Shown piece by piece: positions 36,601 to 50,127 of a stretch of 64,000 nucleotides of DNA (its first letter is position 1; every line of letters starts with the position of its first letter). The stretch spans positions 14,838,929 through 14,902,928 of the forward strand of contig JAHRHZ010000081.1 of assembly GCA_024137785.1 (NCBI GenBank). Reading direction: 5' to 3'. The position numbers and the translations under genes were made by a program. This DNA comes from Ginglymostoma cirratum (lineage: Eukaryota). The notes beneath the pieces are model-generated. The model was not told the DNA's origin and did no database searches. It worked only from the letters and a program-made list of their open reading frames with translations.

Positions 36601-37230
36601 TTCCCAATCCCCTGGCCTCCCACTGCCCTTCGTATTATGTGCTTTTTCTTTTGCTTTTATTCTATCCCTGATTTTCCTTGTCAGCCATGGTTGCCTTGTC
36701 CTTCCTTTCGTATGCTTCTCTTTCCTAGGGATGAATTTTTGCTATGTCTCCTGAATTACTCCCAGAAACTCCTGTCATTGCTGTTCCACTGTCTAGGCTC
36801 CTCTCCCAGTGAATTCTGATGAGCTCCTCCCTCTGTAGTTGCCTTTATTCAACTGTAATACTGTTACATCTGATTCCATTTCTCCCTCTCAAATTGTAGA
36901 GTAAGTTCTATTATACTATGGTCACTGCCCCCAAAGGGTTTCTTCATCTCGAGCTCCTTTACAAGTCTGCCTCTTTGTACGTTACTGAATCCAGAATTGC
37001 CTGTTCCCTAGTGGGCTCCACAAAGTGCTCCAAAAAAACCATCTTGTAGACATTCCACAAATTCCTTTTCTCGCAATCAACTGCGACTGCCTGATTTTCA
37101 GCATATATACCATCCTCTTCTAGAAAATCAGTTCTGAAAAAAGGGTCACCGGACTTCACATTTTATCTCTGTTTCTTTCTTCTCAGATGCTGCCAGATCT
37201 GATGAGTTTCTCTAGCTGTTTGTGTACTTG
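33620..37230 (+). mobile_element. Old Neptune-like PLE split by a CR1 insertion
   Basis: Inverted pLTR at ~33620-33727. Degenerate thumb/linker/GIY-YIG at 33835-34530 paralleling 2160-2880. pLTR with decayed hammerhead resumes at ~37095-37230. Confidence 0.7.
34695..37095 (-). mobile_element. CR1 LINE ORF2, degenerate, with internal deletions and an inverted duplication
   Basis: KSPGPNGLH..ENYRPISLTSVIGK..QHGF..SCLTNLL..YLDFQKAFDKVP (35852-36388) and KFTDDTK (35519-35728). Confidence 0.92.
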
Positions 37231-37584
37231 AAGACAAAGGATCTGTCTGTGCTGTAGACTTAATGTTTTGACAACACATAGCACCGTCAAAAATGAAGAG
37301 CATTTTTTTTTTTGGTTAGCTGATCTCTCTCACGTTAGAGTGGGCCAGCTCTAGGGTCAAGTGTGGTGGGAAAGCAAATAGGACATAACCAGAGATATGT
37401 AGTTTGAAGTGCCTGTACTACCGTCTTTTGCCAAATTCCTGTGACTTGCATAATCATGATTACACCATTCCCTTTCTCAACTCCAGAAATGGTGTACTAG
37501 TTGATCACAGTGCAATCATTTGGAACATGTGGGAACAGTATTCATATATGAAACATAAGGTGCTTCTTTACTGTCCATGAAATA

Positions 37585-37950
37585 GTTATAGTTGTACAAC
37601 ATGGAAACAGACCCTTCGGTTAAACTCGTTTGTACCAACCAGATAGCCTACACTAATCTAGTCCCATTTGGCGCGTATCCCTCTAAACCCTTCCTATTCA
37701 TGTACCCATCCAGATGCCTTTTAAATGTTGTAATTATACTTGGCTCCACCACTTCCTTTGGCAGCACATTGCATACACGCACCACCCTCTGCATGAAAAA
37801 GTTGCCCCTTAAGGTCCCTTTTTAAATCTTTCCCCTCTCACCTTAACCCTGTGCTCGCTGGTTTTGGACTTCCCTACCCTGGGGGCAAAAGACCTTGACT
37901 ATTCACCCTGTCCGTGCTCCTTATGATATTACAAACCTCTCTAAGGTCCT
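37585..37950 (-). mobile_element. HER1/CR1 3' end
   Basis: 'gtcccatttg...ccctctaaacc...cagatgccttttaaatgttg...aaaaagttgcccct'. Confidence 0.85.
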
Positions 37951-38449
37951 GAATCAAAGGTTCCTCTTCCCCTCCTCTTTTGCAGCCCTCCGCCCTTTCC
38001 ATCCTTCCTATAGCATCAATACCCTGGAACATTACGTTGCCAGTCCTGCTCTTCCCTGAGCAAATGGGACTTGATTAATTTAGGGTAGCTGGTTGCTGTT
38101 TACGAGTTGAACCAAAGGGTCTATTTCCGTGCTGCACAACACTAATGCGTGTTCTTTTTAAAAATAAATTCCCATTTCATTCCATAAATTAAAAATAGAA
38201 TTAAAGGAGATATTGTCTTTACACCTGTACTCAAGTTTAGTCTTGGTGTCAGATTCAAATTAATTTCAGGAAAGGAAACTTCATGCTATCAGGAAATTGC
38301 TAGACTTTGAGTGTCTTCACGTCCTGTGACAACTATTATTGTATTGCTGGGAAGCCAGAAAACAGGGTCTAGGTGGTTGTTTATTGGGACAAAAACATCA
38401 AATATAAAATTTTATTCCAAATGGCTGTGCACAGACAATTATCCAGGCT

Positions 38450-38630
38450 AAGGCAACAAGGTGTAGAGCTGGATGAACACAGCAGGCCAAGCAGCATCAG
38501 AGCAGCAGGAAGGCTGACGTTTCGGGCCTAGACCCTTCAGCTCCTCTGCTGCTTGGCCTGCTGTGTTCATCCAGCTGTATACCTTGTTATCTCAGATTCT
38601 CCAGCATCTGCAGTTCCTACTATCTCTGAA
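38450..38630. mobile_element. Miniature inverted-twin PLE pLTR
   Basis: TSD acaattatcc(a/g)ggct at 38435-38449 and 38631-38645. Arms 38455-38495 and ~38548-38589 are inverted. Confidence 0.88.
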
Positions 38631-39769
38631 ACAATTATCCGGGCTTATTCTTTTTCCAAGCTGTTCATTCTCATACAGATGTTAAGATTACCACTCAGTT
38701 TGAGCTGTTCGTATTTCTCTGCTCTGTCTTCATAACTGGGGGATCATCATTACAGCTCTTTTCAATGCCTCATGATTTGAATGTCCTGTGTGTTTTGGCA
38801 AAAAGAGCTTGCTGTGGTACTCCATGCTGTACTTGGAAAATTTCACAGCACCTCCTCAGTAGTATGTTGCTATTTTACCCATATAGATCAATGGTATTTA
38901 GCTTTGCTGATTCTGTCTTGATGGCTTTTGAGAATCAAGAATTACAGGTCTTTTTACCGGCATTTCATATTTTAATGCTGTCCAAGAATACACCTTTTTT
39001 TTAGAAAAAAATGTTTTAAAGTTAGTTAAGAGGCAACTTAATACAATAATGTCTGAGCTGCAAAAACAATAGAAATGAGCTAATCTAAATTGTGTGATTC
39101 ACAAATCTGGCTAGAATCTGCTGCACTTAGCGAATAAGGATTCGGCTCTCAGACAGTAGTCAGCCATTCAGAACTAAGATGAGGGGACACTTCTTTGCAT
39201 AAGAACACTACTTTGAATTTTTGGATTTCTTTGCAGAGAATTATAGCAGCTCAAATGATCATGTCTTTGTCAGATCAACAGACTTTTGGATGCTAAAATA
39301 ATCAATTAATATGGAGACTAGGCAGTGAAGAACAGCTGAGGTAGATGACCTGTGATCTTATTGGAAAGTGGAGCAGGCTTGAGGAATCTGATGACTCATT
39401 TCTCATATTGTGGACTGCATCTAAACTGGTTATCTGGAATTATTTGTACAAGGATGTTTCCGAACTGTTACTTATTGACTTCTCAACTTGAGCATATTGC
39501 ACAGTGTAAATCTAAATTGAGAGATTATCTTACGGCAGAATTGCGCCCAATTAGTCAAGATTGAGAGTCTTAAGACAAATCCAAACAGTGATTAAAATCT
39601 GAAGTCATTTGTAGTTGGATCAAATTTTTCACCTCAATTGAAACCTTGAATTAAATTGAAATGTTTGCATTATTACTACTTAGTTGTTTTTTGCCTGTGT
39701 AAGTGGTGTCTGTTAATGACAAAAATTGTACTTTGACCGTTAGGGGCATCATTACTTCTAATTTTCTAC

Positions 39770-40140
39770 TTTGTGTAAATATCCTAGACTAGAGATTTGC
39801 TACTGCTACTCAGGAGGCTCTAAACTAGTTAGGGTGTGGATGAGATAATGAAAAGAGACAAGTCTGAGGCTGGTGCAGTTGAGAAGAGGAGCAATCAAAT
39901 AGTCAAGGCAGAGAATGAGGTAAGACTGACGAATTAAATAGCTTTTATTTCAAACCAAGAGGCCTGACAGGTAAGGCAGATGAACTCGGAGCACAGTTGG
40001 GCAACATGAAATTGGGATATCGTAGCTATTACCCCTCAGCCTCAGTGCTCCAGGGAAAATATCCCCAGTGTATTCAACCTCTCCCTATTGGTTGAATCCT
40101 GGCAACATCCTTGTAAATCTTTTCTGAACCCTTTCAAGTT
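39770..40140 (+). mobile_element. CR1 ORF1-end / ORF2-start fragment followed by an inverted RT-region piece (40033-40140)
   Basis: 'agatttgctactgctactcaggaggctctaaactag' (ORF1 end) and GLTGKADEL...DIVAIT (APE start). Confidence 0.65.
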
Positions 40141-40699
40141 GCATTATTGTGGAAAGGATTCCTGAACTTTATAAAATAAAGTTATCTGACCCTCATTTCA
40201 AATGCTGTTTGCTCTGTTTGTTCAAGTAGTGGGAGAATTCTGGTTGTAGACAAGCTGGAGCTAAAGGGTGCTCATGTACGGAAATTGGGCTGGCAATAGG
40301 TAGCATAGAGAATGGCGACCTGTTGTCAGCGATAAAGGCCTTCTGCCTGCCAGCATCTTTGAGCTTGGTTCCCAGTTGTCAAACCTGTGTGTCTGAACCT
40401 TTGAGCAGTTGCAGCTCTGTTGCAGGCAGCCATAACTCTTAATCAGTAAGTCAAAGATTTTATATGTGTGAACTACTCATTTTGTTCTCCTGAAAGCAAG
40501 TTAAAGCACATGGAGAATGAAGATTAAGGAGTAGCAAGTCCTGCCAAGGTCAAAAGATAATATCAGTGGTGATATTATCGAATATTTTCGAATCATTCTG
40601 TTCAGAAATGTTATTACACACCTACAGCAGGTGAGACTTGAACCTAAGCCTTCTATCTCAGAGGTAGGGACATTGCCACTGCACCACAAGAGCTCCCAT

Positions 40700-41047
40700 C
40701 ATATGTGTATCTTGTGGACAATTGAACTGCCTTCCCAGTCTTGTCCTCACGCAAAGCTGTCTGTCTGTATGTGTTTGCATTTTTTTAATAATAGGGTTAG
40801 AATTTTAACTTCTAATGTTAGAAATCAGAGGTTCACGGTTATTTAATTATCACTAGAATTTATTTATTTCTAAAAAATATCAATTCTTGTAAAATATAGA
40901 AACCTAATCCATGCTTTCTGTCAACTTGGGTCTAACATACTGGCAAACAGGGAAATTTTCCACACTTTTTTGTAAATTTTTAACTTGTGATTGTGGGAAT
41001 AGTGGGGCAAGATTTTTTAGCCTGTTGCCCCCAGTTAGGCATAATAC
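40700..41047 (+). mobile_element. LTR-like repeat fragment
   Basis: Similar to 55170-55450 ('ttctaaaaaatatcaattcttgtaaaatatagaaacc..tccatgctttctgtcaacttgggtcta'). Confidence 0.4.
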
Positions 41048-42074
41048 AAGGCTATAAGGATGTTCGGGGGTAATTTTGTACTACTTAAATCATTAAACAG
41101 AAGACTTAACAGTCCAATGTAAAATCACTGACTATAAGTTTCTTTATTTAACTGAACATGGCTGGACTCTCAGCTCCTCTCAAAATCAGGAAGTAATGAT
41201 GGCAAATAATACTAGTTTCACCATCGTTAGCAGGGCAAACTGTGAGCTATGGAATTGACTCAAATAGTGCTGTATTTTTAGAAGACGAAATATATTGGCT
41301 TGGCAGTATCATACCCTTAGAATCCTCGTCACAAAATTCATTTGCTGATATAAGCCCTTGTCGGACTAAGAGTAAAGCTTTTCTCCTTTTTTTAAAAAGA
41401 AAACTCCCTTCACCTAATTTGCTCAAAAAAAAACCAGAAGTGTGCAAAGAAAAATATGAAATATTAAAGTTTGACAGTTGAAAACTGGACCAACTTGTAA
41501 ACTGGAGTCACATGATGCTAGTTCATGTCCCTAGAGAATGTTAAGAGAAAGAGCCAAGAAAATCATCTGTAATGCTGCCATTTTCAATCTAACTTCAGCT
41601 TATTTGAGAACGTTTAGCTCAAAATTTCCCCAGATCAACATGAAAACAATTCAACTGTAAAGTCACTTAACACTGAGGAAATCAGTATCAAAATGTACAG
41701 CAATGAAGTGCGTTTATTAGAGGAGTGATTTGAAGATTTAGTAAATGCTAAAATTTAAACATGAGGAAGCATTTCATTTCTGTGCATTTAGTTAGAAAAA
41801 TGTGGCATTGATATTTAAGGATGTTGGTAGATATTAATAAAATTGCATTTAGAGTTTACCAAAGTACTGCTACATTTGAAGGATTTATCAGTTCAATTCT
41901 CTGATTACTTTGCACCTGTGCTAAAACACTATGTAAGTCAGATTCAAAACAGAAGTTTATATTCTTAGGTAAACTTGCAAGAAAATGTCATGCAATGCAC
42001 AATAATCTAATGCTGCACAATAGGGAAAGCTTTGGCAAAATAATTACCTCGTTTCGTGCCTTTTGTGGGGCGTG

Positions 42075-42428
42075 GGGTATATACCATTGATCCAACGATC
42101 CAGCAATCCAGAAACCCAGGCCAATGTTCTGAGGATACGGATTTGAATCCTACCATGGCGGATGAAATTTGCATTAAATAAAATTCTGAAATAAAGAGCT
42201 TGCTTAATGTCAGGCACGTCACCATAGTCAATGGCTTTTTAACCAAAAAAGTTCTGTTCACTAACATCCTTTTAAGGAAGGAAATCTGCCACCCTTGCCT
42301 GGTCTGCCCTAAATGTGATCCCAGGCACACAGCAACGTGTTTGACTGTAATCTGAGACCTGGCATTTGGGGATGAGCAACAAATGCTGGCTGAGCCATCA
42401 ATGCCCATGTCTTAAGAATGAATGAAAA
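42075..42428 (+). mobile_element. tRNA-headed SINE with CR1/Jockey-group LINE tail
   Basis: 'ggatttgaatcctaccatggc...ggaaggaaatctgcc...gatgagcaacaaatgctggc...atgaatgaaaa'. Confidence 0.8.
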
Positions 42429-43261
42429 GCTCGATTAGTTTACTTTCTGCATTAGGAAATGCCAATAAAATGCAAGGAATGTAACTGAATATTCTTATTA
42501 CAAGATTTTTGTACACCTTTACCAGCTGCCAAGGCTACGATCTCACAAATGCCAACAGCGTTTTGGAACCTTTCCCAAGTGGTTAATGTCTCTTCATGAG
42601 CACAAATGTATATCAACTTGGGTGAGGAAAGGTGTAGTGCAATCAGGTCAACACCAAATTTACATTCTCTTTGCACATATTTTCAGGGTTTCATATTTAA
42701 ACAAGCAGGGACAGACGAGGAATTTAGCACTTCCCAGATTGAAAATATGGCAATGGACTTCTTATGCCTGCCACTGCCCTGGCCCAGACCTGTGAAACAG
42801 TTAAAAATTGGAAAATGTTGTCTCAGATTCAAGTACATAAATACGCTAGGAGCCAAATATTATCCTGATCCCTGCACAGAATTCCAAACAACCGAATCAC
42901 TTCCTGTTAGCTCCCATGATGTACATACTTGATGAAACACTCTAGGGATAATCATATTGCATTCATATTTTCTACACAGATTCGGCTTCAGTGAATCATG
43001 TTAACTGGCTATCAATCCAAAAGCCCAATTGCACTGAGATAGCCACAGCATCTACTACTGATTAACACTTTAATTCAAACCTCTTTGCAAATATTTTCGT
43101 ATCGTTTAAAATTTCCAACTTCCTTTCCCAATTCTGATTCATACTTATCACCAGTGTAATGTTTTAACTAACTAACTTAGAATGCAGTAAAATGTAGGTA
43201 TTTTACTGCTTAGCAAGTTGGGAAATAATTTGCAATCAGCATTTATCCTTTTGCTTTAATA

Positions 43262-43700
43262 ACAAGGACTTGTGTATTATCATGTATGTTAAAGGTGTGA
43301 CATAACCGCATCAAGGCATTTTAAAGCATTAACAAATTTTGACACAATTGCAAAATCTTAAGAAGTAGGATTTTATGTAGGCAAAAAAGTAACAAGATGT
43401 GGAGCTATTAAAGAGGAAATGCCAGAGCTTAAAGCCTTAGCAGAGATGGCATGGCCACCAATGGAGGAGCAATTAAAATCAGGAATGCTCAGGAGATCAG
43501 AATTGGCAGAGTGTAGAGATCTCGGAGGACTGTAATGGTGGAAGAGATTACAGCGATTTTAAAAAGGAGTGAGACAAAGAGAAGATTTGAGAAAAAGGGC
43601 AAAATATTTTAAATTGAGGCACTGCTTAATTAGAAATTGATGTAGAGCATCAAACACAGCAGGAAGGTGAGTGAGCCTGGTGAGAATTAGAATCAAGAAG
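43262..43700 (-). mobile_element. L2 LINE 3' fragment
   Basis: 'gaggaaatgccagagctt...ggcatggccaccaatggaggagcaattaaaatcaggaatgc' resembles the reverse of the L2 ORF2 end. Confidence 0.6.
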
Positions 43701-45039
43701 GGTTTGAATCGCCTCAATATATGAAGCCTTCCATTTGGGCTGTTGAAAGGTGTAGTTTAAGTACTGATATTTCAGCCCACACAACCAATTGATACCCTGC
43801 CAGTCAACAGATATTAGCTTTTTCACTCCATGAAATCATGAGCTCAGTCGGCAAACATGTACGAAACAGTCATCCACTCAAAATAAAAAAAAATCAACTG
43901 CCACACAAACAAAACCAGCTCCCTTGTTTCAAGACTGTTTCCAGCTATCCTCCTTGTGTTTCACTGCAGCACAGGCCTACATTACACAGCTCCCACAGGA
44001 CAGCTAACAAAGGAGTCACACAGTTCATAGTGTATGACAGATGTAGATGTAGATGTGGAACCAGGAAAAGCAGGCTTCATAGACGGGGTGTCTAATTTAT
44101 CAATTCATGAACATTGCTCAAATGCAATGATGGAACTGAAAAAACAAATGACTACAGCACATTTTACTTTAGTACAGGATACTCTAGAACGTACTAGACT
44201 GTTGACATAAAATCTTCTGCAAGTAGTTTGTACAACTCCAAATTTAGGAAAATAAACAACTGTGTATGCTGGAAATCTGAAACAAAAACAGTTTACCTTC
44301 TGTTTTAATCCAATCAAATTTTCAGATTACAAAATAAATGTTATTATAATAATGTAAGTAGTAAACTTTTAGCTGGCTGATTTGTTGTCTGAGGAAATGG
44401 CCATCTCCAGTACTGTCATTCTGTGTGAACATGCTGCTGCTTATTCTGAAGATATTTTAATGCACTAAATGTTGGCACAGCTGCTGCATGTGATTGGAAA
44501 ATGTGTCTGGAAGAAGGCAGTTTAAATGGGTTATTAGTTTTTGCATTTCCTGTCATCTGTTGTATATAGCCTTCATGTTTCAGCACAGTTATGTTTTTTG
44601 TACTTGCAATAGATCAAATTGTTTGAAGTGTGTTTGGCGCTACTAGGCAATTAAGATGGTGTTCGTGTTTATTGTGGAGAAAGTGCTGTGCCGTCATATT
44701 AACTTGTAATTTTATATTTTTTTTACTTTGTACCGAAGATGGTGCTGGGAATGGTGACTTTGTACACTTTTCACTTTATTCCTGTATCCCTGTACTTGAT
44801 TATACATGACATTGAAATCCTAGTTCTAATGTCAATTTGGTATTCCATTTTTTAGAAAAAACTAAGCTCAGTTCGTTTTCTTTGAAAGAACAAATTTTAT
44901 TTCTGCATTTACTTTTTACAAAGTGTTTGTCATTTCAGTCTTCAGCCTGTGGGGAAACCTTCATGCTGTATTTTTTTGTTCATTATGTTCTTAAAATCTT
45001 GGTAATTAGTTTGCCTTTTTGACTTGAGCTCAAAAATCA

Positions 45040-45222
45040 TAACTGGTGTTCCATTGCAAGTCTGAGGGAATGATGTGTTGTTGGAGTTCACGTCTTTTAG
45101 ATGAAACATTAAACCAGGACCTCCCTTATCCGTGGTGAATGTAAATGATCCCAGGGCACTATTTCAAAGAAAAACAGGAGTTGTCCTGGTGTCCAGGCTA
45201 GTATTTAGGCCTCAAGAATCAA
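45040..45222 (+). mobile_element. Deu-domain SINE
   Basis: 'ctgagggaatg...tttagatgaaacattaaacc...gtaaatgatcccagggcactatttcaaaga...gtcctggtgtcc'. Confidence 0.7.
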
Positions 45223-47653
45223 AAGTGAGTATGGAAATTGTATTGGAGGCTGGCCATAAGTGCTTAAATAAGTCATTATAATGAACAAAATTTCTGATTA
45301 TTTATGCATTGTTCTGATGATATAATGAAATCAAACATTGCATTATTGTTATGCCCCTTTGGCTTAATGAAAGAAATGCTTTTGGCCCTCCTTTTATAGT
45401 GCTATCAGAGTTTGATATCATCTTTTCCCCTCTTGGTGGATGTTGCTCAATCTGAGGAGTTCCAGTATTTTCTGTTTTGTATTTTCAGAAATCCAGTAAC
45501 CGAAGTAGTTTGTTTTTTGACTGCCAATATACCTTAAATTCTGCTTCACTGTGATCTACTAAAGGGGGTCTTCATGTTTTTCAAGAGCTATTTTGGAAAC
45601 TCCTTTTGGGGTCAGTTTTGATTTTCAGTTATATCTACCTTTAGCTTTGGCCTCTCCCACTTTACTGGAATTCCAATTCGCTGGTGTCATTCTAAATTAG
45701 ATGGAGGGGATTTTTAATAAAAAAAAATTGACAGGATGCCTGCACAAATGCAAGATTTGTTAGTACAATATCATTTTTGTGGGTGAAGTTGCTTTTCATC
45801 CTAGTGCACACTTGAAGGTTGCAACTCTTAAATCATGACCTGCCATTACCCATGACACCAGACCTCAACAAGAAGCAGCACCTTCAGTAATAGTGTGACA
45901 AAAATCGGGAAAGGAAATTGTTTAAAGACATCTCATAAAGAGCATTAAAACCAAAGTGTAAAGTAGGAAATTTTGAAATTGATATATTGCAAAATCAAAA
46001 AGCAAGTCAAAACTTAGCAATCTGATCTTAATCTTGAATCCATGCCCGCGTTGTGATGCTATCACTGCTGTTCCTTGTCTGTTCATCCTAATTAACTTAG
46101 CGACCACGTACTGAAGAAAAGTCTGCCTGCAGCTTCTCAGTGTTGACTGACCAAACCATCCTGTAAGTACTTTGGTTTGCTTTGAAGTGTAGCCTTGAAT
46201 CTCTTCATAGGCCAGATCTACATTTCACTTAAATGACTCCTGACACCGACTGGACAATGGTTCTAATTTACCCAGGTCTGCTCAATGATTATCATTAAAA
46301 ACAGGTTGGTTGTTACTATCATGCAAGTTGTAGGAATATGGAAAAATGGTGGCCAGTTTTCATACATGTTACAGGTTATGTACTTCATTGCCTGTGAAAT
46401 TTTTTTGGGACATTCTATAGCTGTGAAACATGCTATTCAAATTCAAGTCTTTATTTTAATTTTTACTTTTACTTTTGGGCTTTTCATTTCAATTTAGGGT
46501 AAATTGGTTTGAGAATTCTAAGTAACCCCTTTCTAAATAATTTAATGTTAAACTTTCAGGAAATGTTATTATCCCCAAACAATTCTGCATTTTTAACATT
46601 TACATTAGTTAATTGTCTGTTTATCCTTGGGTTGCTTTCTGTTGCCATTTTACTTTTACAATAAAATGAATATCTGACGTGAGAGTAGTGAGGGATGTGA
46701 TCATTGCAAACGTACACTCTGCACCAGACCTTTCTGCTAATGCTTCAACCCTGTACTTGTGTGCAATGAATTCAATAGAGGATATAACATGTTTAAGTTT
46801 AAATAGTGTAGACAATTAAGCATGGCACAAAGTTTTACTTCATTTCACTATCTTGAGTCCTGTGGTTGTTTTTCAGTGCACAAAGGCTCAATGTTATTTT
46901 TAAAGTGCAATATTGAATTGCAAAAGAATTTTTTTCAAAACTTGATGTGACAGTAAGTTTTCTATGCATTTGCATCCTGTGAATCTACAGGCTTATGATA
47001 TAGGCTATTTGAAAACAGTTTGTATTTGTCTGGTGAGGTACTATACAGCGGAAAAGCTTGCAGAGTTGTTTGAATGCCCTGTCAATAAATATTTTGGGTT
47101 TAAAGATTGGCCTAAACTTTCAAGGCAGAGGCTTAGGAAAGATGATTTGACATATTGTTACTGAATGATGACTAAGAAGGAGAATACAATACACATCAAA
47201 GCATCCTAAACTACTTGAGTGAAGCTCAATTGTTGTCTCGTAAAATGTACGGAATGTTAATTTGTAAATAAGAATATGCGTTGCCAGAATCTCAGGATGG
47301 CCACTGCTCACCCGTGCATGCACAGATGGCGGCAATGATATCACAGTGTTCACGAGAGACTCGTCTGATTTGTCTCCCCATCCAGGCTGCCCTGCTGGCC
47401 TTTATCCTTCACTTGCACAACTTGCCATTCTGCTTAGGGCATGGGGCAATTGATGTGGCAGCTAGGGATCTCCTTTTTCTGAGCATGTCTGGATCAGTAT
47501 TTTTCTGATTCACTTCGGGGCACATCTTGCATGGATGCTTTAGTTTCACATAATCTCTGACAAGTACGTTCTGTCATACTGTCTACTGTTTGATTTCAGT
47601 GAGCCCAGGCCCAAGAATTTGTTGGCAATGTTATTTCTATGCATTTGCGGAAG

Positions 47654-47672
47654 CTGTGCCACCTAGTGGTGA
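47654..47672 (-). promoter_or_regulatory. Candidate CTCF binding site
   Basis: Minus strand TCACCACTAGGTGGCACAG matches the core CCASYAGRKGGCRS. Confidence 0.6.
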
Positions 47673-47824
47673 CGCTGTCAGGAAATGTAGTATTGTGTAC
47701 ACGCACGAATTGCGGTGTCAGAGCATTAAAACTTAACTGTCAGTATATCCTTTAGTGCTTAAGCAAGACTAGTGTTGATTTTATTAGCATTTTACTCATC
47801 TGTATTGAGAACAACAATCCACTC

Positions 47825-48608
47825 GGATAGTAAGAATTGGCGATGCTGGGGTCAGAGATAAGTGTGGAGCTGGAGAAACACAGCAGGCCAGGTAGCGTCA
47901 GAGGAGCAGGAAAGTTGACGTTTTGGGTCGGGACCCTTCTTCAGAAATGGGGGAGGGGGAAGGGAGCTCGGAAATAGATAGAGAGGGGAGGGGTGGTGCA
48001 GGGGAAGGTAGGTGGAATGGAGATAGATGAGTGCAGATAGGGAGTGGTGGGGATTGGTCAGCGAGGTGGGAGGACCGGATAGATGAGAGAGAAGATGGAC
48101 AAGTTGTGTCAGGTCAAGGAGGCGGGGATGAGAGGGAGGGTTGGACATGGGATGAGGCCAAGGGGTGGGGTATCAATGGTATCAGTGTGGACTTCACAAG
48201 CTTTAAGATCTCCCTTCCTCCAACCGCATCCCAAAACCAGCCCAGCTTGTCCCCGCCTCCCTAACCTGTTCTTCCTCCCACCTCCAGCCTCACGCCCATC
48301 TCTTACCTACTAGCCTCATCCCGCCCCCTTGACCTGTCCGTCCTCCCTGGACTGACCTATCCCCTCCCTAACTCCCCACCTACACTCACCTTTACTGGCT
48401 CCATCCCCACCTGTTTGACCTGTCTGTCTCCTCTCCACCTATCCTCTCCTCTATCCATTTCCTATCCGTCTCCCCCCCGCTCCCTGTTTATTTCAGAACC
48501 CCCTTCCCCTCCCCCATTTCTGAAGAACGGTCTAGGCCCGAAACGTCAGCTTTCCTGCTCCTCTGCTGTTTGGCCTGCTGTGTTCGAGTTCTACATCTTG
48601 TTATCTCT
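47825..48608. mobile_element. Divergently joined PLE 3' ends from two subfamilies
   Basis: Minus arm 47825-48170 (hammerhead stem gggtcccgaccc). Plus arm 48171-48608 (NGISVDFTSFKIS; hammerhead ctgaaga-acggtctaggccc-gaaa-cgtc at 48520-48547). Confidence 0.85.
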
Positions 48609-49902
48609 GCATCTCAAGGTCCTGTAGTTGTTGTAACCTTTGTCTAGAAGAATGTGTTAAAGTAGTATTTAGTAAATATGTACAATGGTGATTTAAGAAT
48701 GACAATGAAGTTAGATTCTACTGATGTAATCTGAGACTGCCTCTCCTGTTGCCTTTGCAATCGTATGATCACACACTGTTTTAAAGGCTACAGTTTCTAG
48801 TTAGAATATTGTTTATTTTACTTACATGTATATACCTTCCCTACTGTTTACAAGTTGTTCTACCTATTTCATGCAGTTGTTTTTATCTGAAGATATACTA
48901 ATCCTGTAAAACTTCTAGATAATGTTTGAATACTTTGCATCTCCAACAAATTTTTTGACTTAAATGTCAAAACTGATATTCTTTTTTAAATTCCGTATCC
49001 ATACGGAGATGTTGATTTCAAGTTGGTTGAAAATACAGCTAGCAAGATTTGTAGATTGGTGTCTTGATCCAGACAAGCCATTGGCCTTGATTCAGATAGG
49101 GACTGATAACAATCAGAATTTGAGCATTTACTTTGGCTCCTTCAACAGGCACATTTAGTACAGGAGCTTGCCACTCCAGAGTAGCCCTTCTGCTTTTACC
49201 AGTTTGACTGCAGATTTTGGATTCATCCCTTAATTCAATTTTCAGAATACCCCAGAATTAAGCTTGAACATTTAAACATTTTGAAGTCATTTTGATCTTT
49301 GGTTTTACTACATTTGGAATTCTGATTTTTGCTCCATTGTAAAATGAAATTCAGGACACTGGAGTGAACAAAGAACAAAGAAAATTACAGCAGCGGAACA
49401 GGCCCTTCGGCCCTCCAAGCATGCGCCGATCCAAGAGGGTAAACAAGATCTGCTAAAGTGATAATTTAGTTGAGAGACTCTGAGGAAAGTCTGAACAGAT
49501 CGGGATAATTTCTTCTGAAGACTGAGTAGTTAGTGACCTAATACATGTCTGTAAGGCTCAAAAGGGGAGACAACTGCCTGGTGATGCTATTGCTAAACTA
49601 TTCATGCAGAACAAGAATGAAGTTAGAATCCACTAAGGCAATCTGATTCTGCCTGTTCTGCGGACCCAAGTTTGAATCTTGCAACAACAGATGGAATTTG
49701 AATTCAATGAATATCTGCAATTAAGAATCTACTGTGATCATGAAACCATTGTTGATTATCGTAAAAACCTATTTGGCTCAATAATATTGTTTAGGGAAGA
49801 AAATCATCCTCACCTGGTCTGGCCTACACGCCACTCCAGATCCGTAACAATGTGTTGACTCTTAACTGCCATCTGAAACGGTCTAGCCATCCACTCATTT
49901 GT

Positions 49903-50127
49903 CCTAGAGATAATAGGAACTGCAGAAGCTGGAGAATCCGAGATAACAAGGTGTGGAGCTGGATGAACACAGCAGGCCGAGCAGGAAAGCTTTACGTTTC
50001 GGGCCTAGACCCTTCATCAGAAATGATGAAGTTTTCTGATGAAGGGTCTAGGCCCGAAACATCAAGCTTTCCTGCTCCTATGATGCTGCTTGGCCTGCTG
50101 TGTTCATCCAACTCCACACCTTGTTAT
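49903..50127. mobile_element. Miniature inverted-twin PLE pLTR with CUGAUGA/GAAA cores on both strands
   Basis: Minus core at 49993-50020 and plus core at 50036-50063. Flanking repeat cactca(t/c)ttgt at 49892-49902 and 50128-50138. Confidence 0.88.

Noticed and set aside
42687-42800. Exon-like segment with acceptors on both strands (ORF 42606-42932)
   Set aside because: No good donor and no recognisable protein.
44420-44500. Possible miRNA hairpin or conserved non-coding element
   Set aside because: The arms do not pair well, no known mature miRNA was recognised, and conservation cannot be judged from one sequence.
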